In this document: in pieces, positions 5,962 to 10,277 of the stretch
How positions within the stretch are numbered: position 1 is the first letter of the stretch
Layout of the letters: each line of letters starts with the position of its first letter
Origin: a virus
Lineage: Duplodnaviria; Heunggongvirae; Uroviricota; Caudoviricetes
Strand: one strand, 5' to 3'
Length of the DNA: 10,277 nt
IMG/VR virus record: IMGVR_UViG_2836824207_000004
Span: 1-10,277 of that record
Made by a program: the position numbers and the translations under genes
Notes under the pieces: generated by a model
Database searches by the model: none
Told to the model about the DNA's origin: nothing
Seen by the model: only the letters and a program-made list of their open reading frames with translations

Positions 5962-7494
5962 ATGAGCAAAAATACCCTACCTAAATTAATTCAAGATCAT
6001 CGTTATGCCGCTTTTGTGAAACGGTACGCTTTCAATTTGCCTTTATTTGCGAAAGAAGTTTGCGGATTAGATCTCACTTATCAGCAAATTGATGTGATGG
6101 AGAGCGTACAGACACTCGGATCTCGTACTTCTATTTCATCTGGCCACGGCACGGGAAAGACAGCGAGCTTTGGGGTGATCGTACTTTGGCACTTAACTTG
6201 TTATTATAATTCGATCACGGCAGTTATAGCCCCAAAAGTAGAACAAGTACGAAAACAAGTATTTAAGGAAGTTGCGTTATCACTCAATCGAATGAAAAAA
6301 AGCAACTTTAGCTGGGTTGCTGAAGAAGTAGAACTCAATGCTACCGACATTAATATTAAGGGGGCGAAGCAATATTGGCACGTTCTTGCCAAAACGGCAC
6401 CCAAAAATGAACCTGAAAACTTGGCGGGGTTGCACGGCGATTATCTTTTAGTCATCGCTGATGAAGCCTCTGGGATTGAAGATACCCACTTTGGCGTGCT
6501 GACAGGTTCACTCACTGATCGCCGAAACAGAATGGTGCTTGCCAGTCAGCCAACTCGAAATACGGGCTTTTTCTATGAAACCCATCATAAACTAAGCCGT
6601 GCTTTTGGTGGTGCGTGGAATAATCTTACACTCAATTCTGAACTTTCTCCCATTGTTAGCTATGAATTTTTACAAGAGAAGAAACGCCAGTACAGCAAAG
6701 AGCAATACGACATTAAAGTACGCGGATTATTTCCGAATAAATCCGATGGCTTTTTATTGGGGCGTAGTGAGGTTGAAGCGATCTTCGGACATAATCCATT
6801 AAATGGCTATCAAGATTGGGGCTATGTGATCCCTATTGATGTCGGAGGTGGGGATTTTCGCGATGACAGTGTAATGACCGTTGCACGTGTGTGGGGATTT
6901 GGAATGTATGGCGAAAATGCCCGCCGTGTTTATATTGAAGACATTCCCATTGTGCGTGATGATCAAGATACGGTGAATTTTGCAAGAGCGGTCGCCAGAA
7001 AATCTACAGATTATCAAAACGCTACCCTTGTCGTGGACTATGGCGGGCTAGGGGTAGGTTTCATTCATAACCTTAATGACCTTGGTGTGCCAAATATTGA
7101 AAAAGTGAAATGGGGAAATCTTTGTTTCCGTAAGGAATTAAAAGAGAGTTTTTATAATTTACGTGCACAGTCGATCGTTTCTCTTGCCAGAGCCATTCAA
7201 GAAAAACGCTTTGGTATTAGTGCAGCGGTTGCGGATCGTTATGGCATACGCATCATTAATGAATTAACTCGCATACCTTACAATTATGATAATAAAGCCC
7301 GCTACCAAATTATGAGTAAACCCGATATGAAAGCTCAAGGCATACCCTCGCCTGATATTGGCGATACGTTTGCCTTTGCGTTCCTTGAAAGCACGCATTA
7401 TATTGCGGCAGAAATTGGTGAGCAAACAGAAATAGATCGCCGCTGGTCGGATAAAATCGCTCAAAGTTTAGCAGGACTTGATAACTACCTCTAA
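5962..7494 (+). CDS. pacB: Terminase large subunit, P1 PacB-like (510 aa)
   Basis: Walker A SGHGTGKT (6139-6162), Walker B VIADEASG (D167-E168), coupling region LASQPTRNTGFFYE and nuclease aspartates in IDVGGG, VVDYGGLG and SPDIGDT are present. NLAGLHGD, KVRGLFP...DGFLLGRSEVE and KVKWG match motifs remembered from P1 PacB. Confidence 0.94.
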   Translation: MSKNTLPKLIQDHRYAAFVKRYAFNLPLFAKEVCGLDLTYQQIDVMESVQTLGSRTSISSGHGTGKTASFGVIVLWHLTCYYNSITAVIAPKVEQVRKQVFKEVALSLNRMKKSNFSWVAEEVELNATDINIKGAKQYWHVLAKTAPKNEPENLAGLHGDYLLVIADEASGIEDTHFGVLTGSLTDRRNRMVLASQPTRNTGFFYETHHKLSRAFGGAWNNLTLNSELSPIVSYEFLQEKKRQYSKEQYDIKVRGLFPNKSDGFLLGRSEVEAIFGHNPLNGYQDWGYVIPIDVGGGDFRDDSVMTVARVWGFGMYGENARRVYIEDIPIVRDDQDTVNFARAVARKSTDYQNATLVVDYGGLGVGFIHNLNDLGVPNIEKVKWGNLCFRKELKESFYNLRAQSIVSLARAIQEKRFGISAAVADRYGIRIINELTRIPYNYDNKARYQIMSKPDMKAQGIPSPDIGDTFAFAFLESTHYIAAEIGEQTEIDRRWSDKIAQSLAGLDNYL

Positions 7495-7495
7495 A

Positions 7496-7523
7496 AAAGT
7501 GCGGTCAAAAAAGACCGCACTTT
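7496..7523. terminator. Bidirectional hairpin terminator formed by two inverted USS, between convergent pacB and darB-like genes
   Basis: AAAGTGCGGTC (7496-7506), loop AAAAAA, GACCGCACTTT (7513-7523): a perfect 11-bp stem with perfect USS cores at 7497-7505 (+) and 7514-7522 (-). It sits 1 nt after the pacB stop and 4 nt from the darB stop. Paired-USS terminators are well known in Haemophilus. Confidence 0.9.
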
Positions 7524-7527
7524 GTGA

Positions 7528-10277
7528 CTAGACAACCGAATTTGCTGTAATCTTCGCATTATTGAGATCTTCACGATAAGCTTCGACAAGCCAATCCCAA
7601 GCCTGCTTATGAATGATCCAGCTGTTGGCGGGTAAGACGGCGAACTGCTCATCATTAAATTGTTTGAAGAATTGTCCATCACCTTTCTGATTAAAGGATT
7701 TGTCTTTCTTCAGCCACGCAATGGCATAAGTAGGATCAAGTTCATCACGTTTTAATACACTGTTTACACTGTTACGGAATTTATTCCCGTTACTGTCTTG
7801 ATATTTCAACGTATTGCCCGAAACAACCAGATAATTCGCAAGAAGAGTATAGCGTAAGGCTTCTTTTTCCTTTGCTTTTTCTGCATTCTGTTTTTCAAGC
7901 TGTTTTTGTTGGTAATCAATAAATAAATCTGATGCCAAGCGGAATAGATAAGTGAAAATATTGCTCTTAAAATCCGTTATACGAGAAGAAACAACGCGTT
8001 GATAATCAAACAAGGTAAACCCCTTCTCAATAACCTTTAATTCTTCAAGACGAGCATTGGCTAGTTCATTCATTTTCTGAATTAAGGCTTCTCCACTCTC
8101 GATATTCGCAACATCAATTTGACTAAAGACATTTTCTACCGCCTCTAATGGCTGAGGCATTGGCGTGTGTATTAAATCGGAGAAGTAACCATCAGCTACC
8201 TTCTCATTTAATGGATAATTGTATTTCACATAAAAGGTGAATAATTCATCACTCACATCGTTTGACCAATAATATCGGGACTGATAAATATTACTGATCG
8301 GGGCATAAATACCGTTATCTCGATACTCCACACCTTGATCATCATAAATACGACGAATATGTTCGTAAGCTTCTGGTGATTGCTTTAACGCTTGATAGTC
8401 TTCCTCATTCAAAATAAGTGAAAAATCAAGATTACGATCATTGAATCGATATTGACGTGCTTCACTCAATTTGACTTTGGCTGAGCTGTCAATATATTTT
8501 TCAATTTCAGGCATCTCTTTAGTCCACCACTCATAGGTTGATAAAGACTGCTCCGCACGTTTTGCAATGTGCTGATAAATCACTTCACTCTCAGGACTAT
8601 TTGCCTTAATTAAGTGGTATCCCTTCAATTTTTCTTCATTATAACGATCTATTCCTTTATTCTCTAAAGGTTCTAATGAAATCCCAAGTCCAAACAAATA
8701 ATGATCATTAATCGAACTAACGTAGATTAAATCATTTTCTGATTGTAATAAATCCCCCTCTAATATTGGATAATTCTCCACCAAAAAGGCTTTTGCCTCT
8801 TTTAATGCTTGCAACCTTTCTTCATCAATATCTACCTGACTTGCCAGTTCTGATAGCTTATGTTCATACTCTTCTATCATCTGTGTGTAAGCCCCGCTCT
8901 CTTCTTCCCAATTATTGTAAAGTGGGTGTTGCTCTCCTTTTTCGAGATTTTGTTTTAAGCTGTTTGATTTGGTGCCGTAATAAGGTTGGCTTTCTTCAAG
9001 CAGACTGCTCGCTCGTTTAAAATCCTCATCAGGCATTACATCGGGATAAATAGATTGGTATTGACGCACGAATGCCGCCCACTTTTTCATTAATACGGCA
9101 TTTCTTCGCTCAAGCTTGCTTTCCAAACCAATACGTTTTTTCTGTTTGCTTGAAATCGTGGCCTCATTTGTTTCATTTTCCAACTCTTGACGAATTTTGC
9201 TAATGTTATTCTCTAATGGAGCAATTTGAGCAATGATTTCATTGTTGATTGCCTCTAAATGCCTTACGGCATCATTAAAATGGGATTGTAGAAAATCATC
9301 AAAAGTACGGATTTTTTGTGCTTCTGTTTTGATCGTTTCTGCCATTTGATAGGTATTGACAAAATCCTGTTTAAGCGTGGCTAAACGTTTTTCTTCGTTA
9401 AGTTTTTTCAGTTTTTCCTCAGCCTGTTTATAGGCTTCTTCATTACCCATTAAGTCAGCTAAATATTCCTGATCTTTTTTGCTTAGTCCATTTTCAATAT
9501 TAACTTTATTTTCATCTCCATAGAGTAAATGATTAATCCAACTCGCTTTATTTCCAATCAACTTGCGTTTATAGCTATCAAATGTACCATTCGCATCATA
9601 ATGATAAACATTCACCGCAATGCCTTCTTGTGCTAAATAGTTACCTTGACGAACACCACGACCATTACGCTGTTGCAAACTATCGGGTGTCCAGCCTACC
9701 GTTAAATGATGAATAGCTTGTGTGCCTTTTTGTAGGTTGATTCCCACTTCCGCTTTCTTATTGGCAATAATGATTTCATATTTGTTTTCAGAAAGCGTTG
9801 TGCCATTTTCATCAATAACGGTGTCCGCATTAAAGCCATCTTGAATTTCTTGCACCTCTCCGCTGTCTTTCACGGATTTTGCATTAAAAATCACAATTTT
9901 ATGTGCTGGGATATTGGCTTTATTGACGAGGGCGAGCTTTAATTTATTATGTGAGCCGATCATATCGCAAAAAATAATTTGCTTACACACGCCCCCTTTG
10001 GCTTTCGGATTAGCCCGCTCAAGATTAACGTTTTCTAAAAGTGCGGCCATTTTTGAACCGAGTTTTACATCAAGTGCTAACCCCGCTTTTTCAGCAAGTT
10101 TCAAAAATTTACTCTGATTTTCAAAATCCGTCGTGGTTAATTCTATCTGGTTGTTAATTAAACGAGCGATAACCTGAACAGTATAAAGCGTTTTTGTTGC
10201 GAAATCGTCAATCCCTTCTTTATCTTTCGCCATCATCGTATCAAGAATAATCTCTGCGGTTGTACCAATCAAATTCT
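7528..10277 (-). CDS. darB: DarB-like large SNF2/SF2 helicase-domain protein (defence against restriction), C-terminal part; 5' end outside the window
   Basis: Helicase C-terminal motifs KQIIFCD (IV), IIIANKKAEVGINLQKGT (V) and WTPDSLQQRNGRGVRQGN (VI, 9640-9672), followed by VYHYDANGTFDSY, match P1 DarB as remembered (IIICNKKAEVGINLHRGT...WTPASIAQRNGRGARVG). The frame stays open past the TTG at 10272 to the window edge, so that TTG is not the true start. The methyltransferase and N-terminal helicase lobes are not visible. Confidence 0.85.
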   Translation of the reverse strand, partial: NLIGTTAEIILDTMMAKDKEGIDDFATKTLYTVQVIARLINNQIELTTTDFENQSKFLKLAEKAGLALDVKLGSKMAALLENVNLERANPKAKGGVCKQIIFCDMIGSHNKLKLALVNKANIPAHKIVIFNAKSVKDSGEVQEIQDGFNADTVIDENGTTLSENKYEIIIANKKAEVGINLQKGTQAIHHLTVGWTPDSLQQRNGRGVRQGNYLAQEGIAVNVYHYDANGTFDSYKRKLIGNKASWINHLLYGDENKVNIENGLSKKDQEYLADLMGNEEAYKQAEEKLKKLNEEKRLATLKQDFVNTYQMAETIKTEAQKIRTFDDFLQSHFNDAVRHLEAINNEIIAQIAPLENNISKIRQELENETNEATISSKQKKRIGLESKLERRNAVLMKKWAAFVRQYQSIYPDVMPDEDFKRASSLLEESQPYYGTKSNSLKQNLEKGEQHPLYNNWEEESGAYTQMIEEYEHKLSELASQVDIDEERLQALKEAKAFLVENYPILEGDLLQSENDLIYVSSINDHYLFGLGISLEPLENKGIDRYNEEKLKGYHLIKANSPESEVIYQHIAKRAEQSLSTYEWWTKEMPEIEKYIDSSAKVKLSEARQYRFNDRNLDFSLILNEEDYQALKQSPEAYEHIRRIYDDQGVEYRDNGIYAPISNIYQSRYYWSNDVSDELFTFYVKYNYPLNEKVADGYFSDLIHTPMPQPLEAVENVFSQIDVANIESGEALIQKMNELANARLEELKVIEKGFTLFDYQRVVSSRITDFKSNIFTYLFRLASDLFIDYQQKQLEKQNAEKAKEKEALRYTLLANYLVVSGNTLKYQDSNGNKFRNSVNSVLKRDELDPTYAIAWLKKDKSFNQKGDGQFFKQFNDEQFAVLPANSWIIHKQAWDWLVEAYREDLNNAKITANSVV
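10039..10047 (+). repeat. Near-consensus USS (8/9) in the darB-like gene
   Basis: AAGTGCGGC followed by CATTTTT, which fits the USS flank. Confidence 0.5.

Larger units (their letters stand above)
1..10277. mobile_element. Segment of a P1-like (Punavirus-related) prophage with an adjacent tyrosine integrase; extends beyond the right edge, and the left boundary is not visible
   Basis: Five proteins resemble P1 gp21, gp22, gp23, PacB and DarB, with the 23-22-21 order conserved. There is an intact integrase, no host housekeeping gene in the window, and no visible stop codon or frameshift interrupting the long ORFs. Confidence 0.88.

Noticed and set aside
5744-7494. P1-type pac site (clustered TGATCA/G hexamers)
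   Set aside because: TGATC occurrences are dispersed through coding sequence, and no cluster was seen.
1235-7494. Interpretation as a tailocin, eCIS or T6SS locus because of the sheath gene
   Set aside because: The sheath is co-transcribed with a major capsid gene and sits next to a terminase, which indicates a DNA-packaging phage.
6204-7682. ORFs 6204-6404 -, 6599-6802 +, 6799-7017 -, 7264-7464 - and 7491-7682 -
   Set aside because: They overlap pacB or darB in other frames or strands. 7491-7682 would also read through the USS terminator.
8766-10117. Plus-strand ORFs 8766-9020 and 9914-10117
   Set aside because: Antisense shadows of the darB-like gene.
10270-10272. TTG start assigned to the 914-aa ORF
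   Set aside because: The frame is open to the window edge, and the protein begins mid-helicase, so the real start is outside the window.
1-10277. tRNA, rRNA, CRISPR array, IS element, att core
   Set aside because: Intergenic gaps are too short or already explained. No regularly spaced repeats, transposase or duplicated att-like sequence were seen.

Overview
The window is part of a phage P1-related (Punavirus-like) myovirus genome in what is probably a Pasteurellaceae host, judged from three perfect Haemophilus-type uptake sequences (AAGTGCGGT) and AT-rich DNA. From left to right: (1) an intact P4/IntA-type tyrosine integrase (1-1200, +); (2) a minus-strand operon of P1 gp23-like major capsid protein, an extra 153-aa gene, gp22-like tail sheath and gp21-like acidic/basic protein, closed by an intrinsic terminator at 1201-1225; (3) a 218-bp divergent control region; (4) a P1 PacB-like large terminase (+) with no small terminase beside it; (5) a paired-USS hairpin terminator; (6) the C-terminal 914+ aa of a DarB-like SF2 helicase/antirestriction protein (-), which runs off the right edge. 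P1-like phages are classically plasmid prophages, so the abutting integrase suggests an integrative P1-like prophage with rearranged gene order. The head proteins also show repeated hydrophobic-x-Asp motifs where P1 is processed after Glu. All family assignments come from motif inspection and remembered P1 sequences, not database searches.
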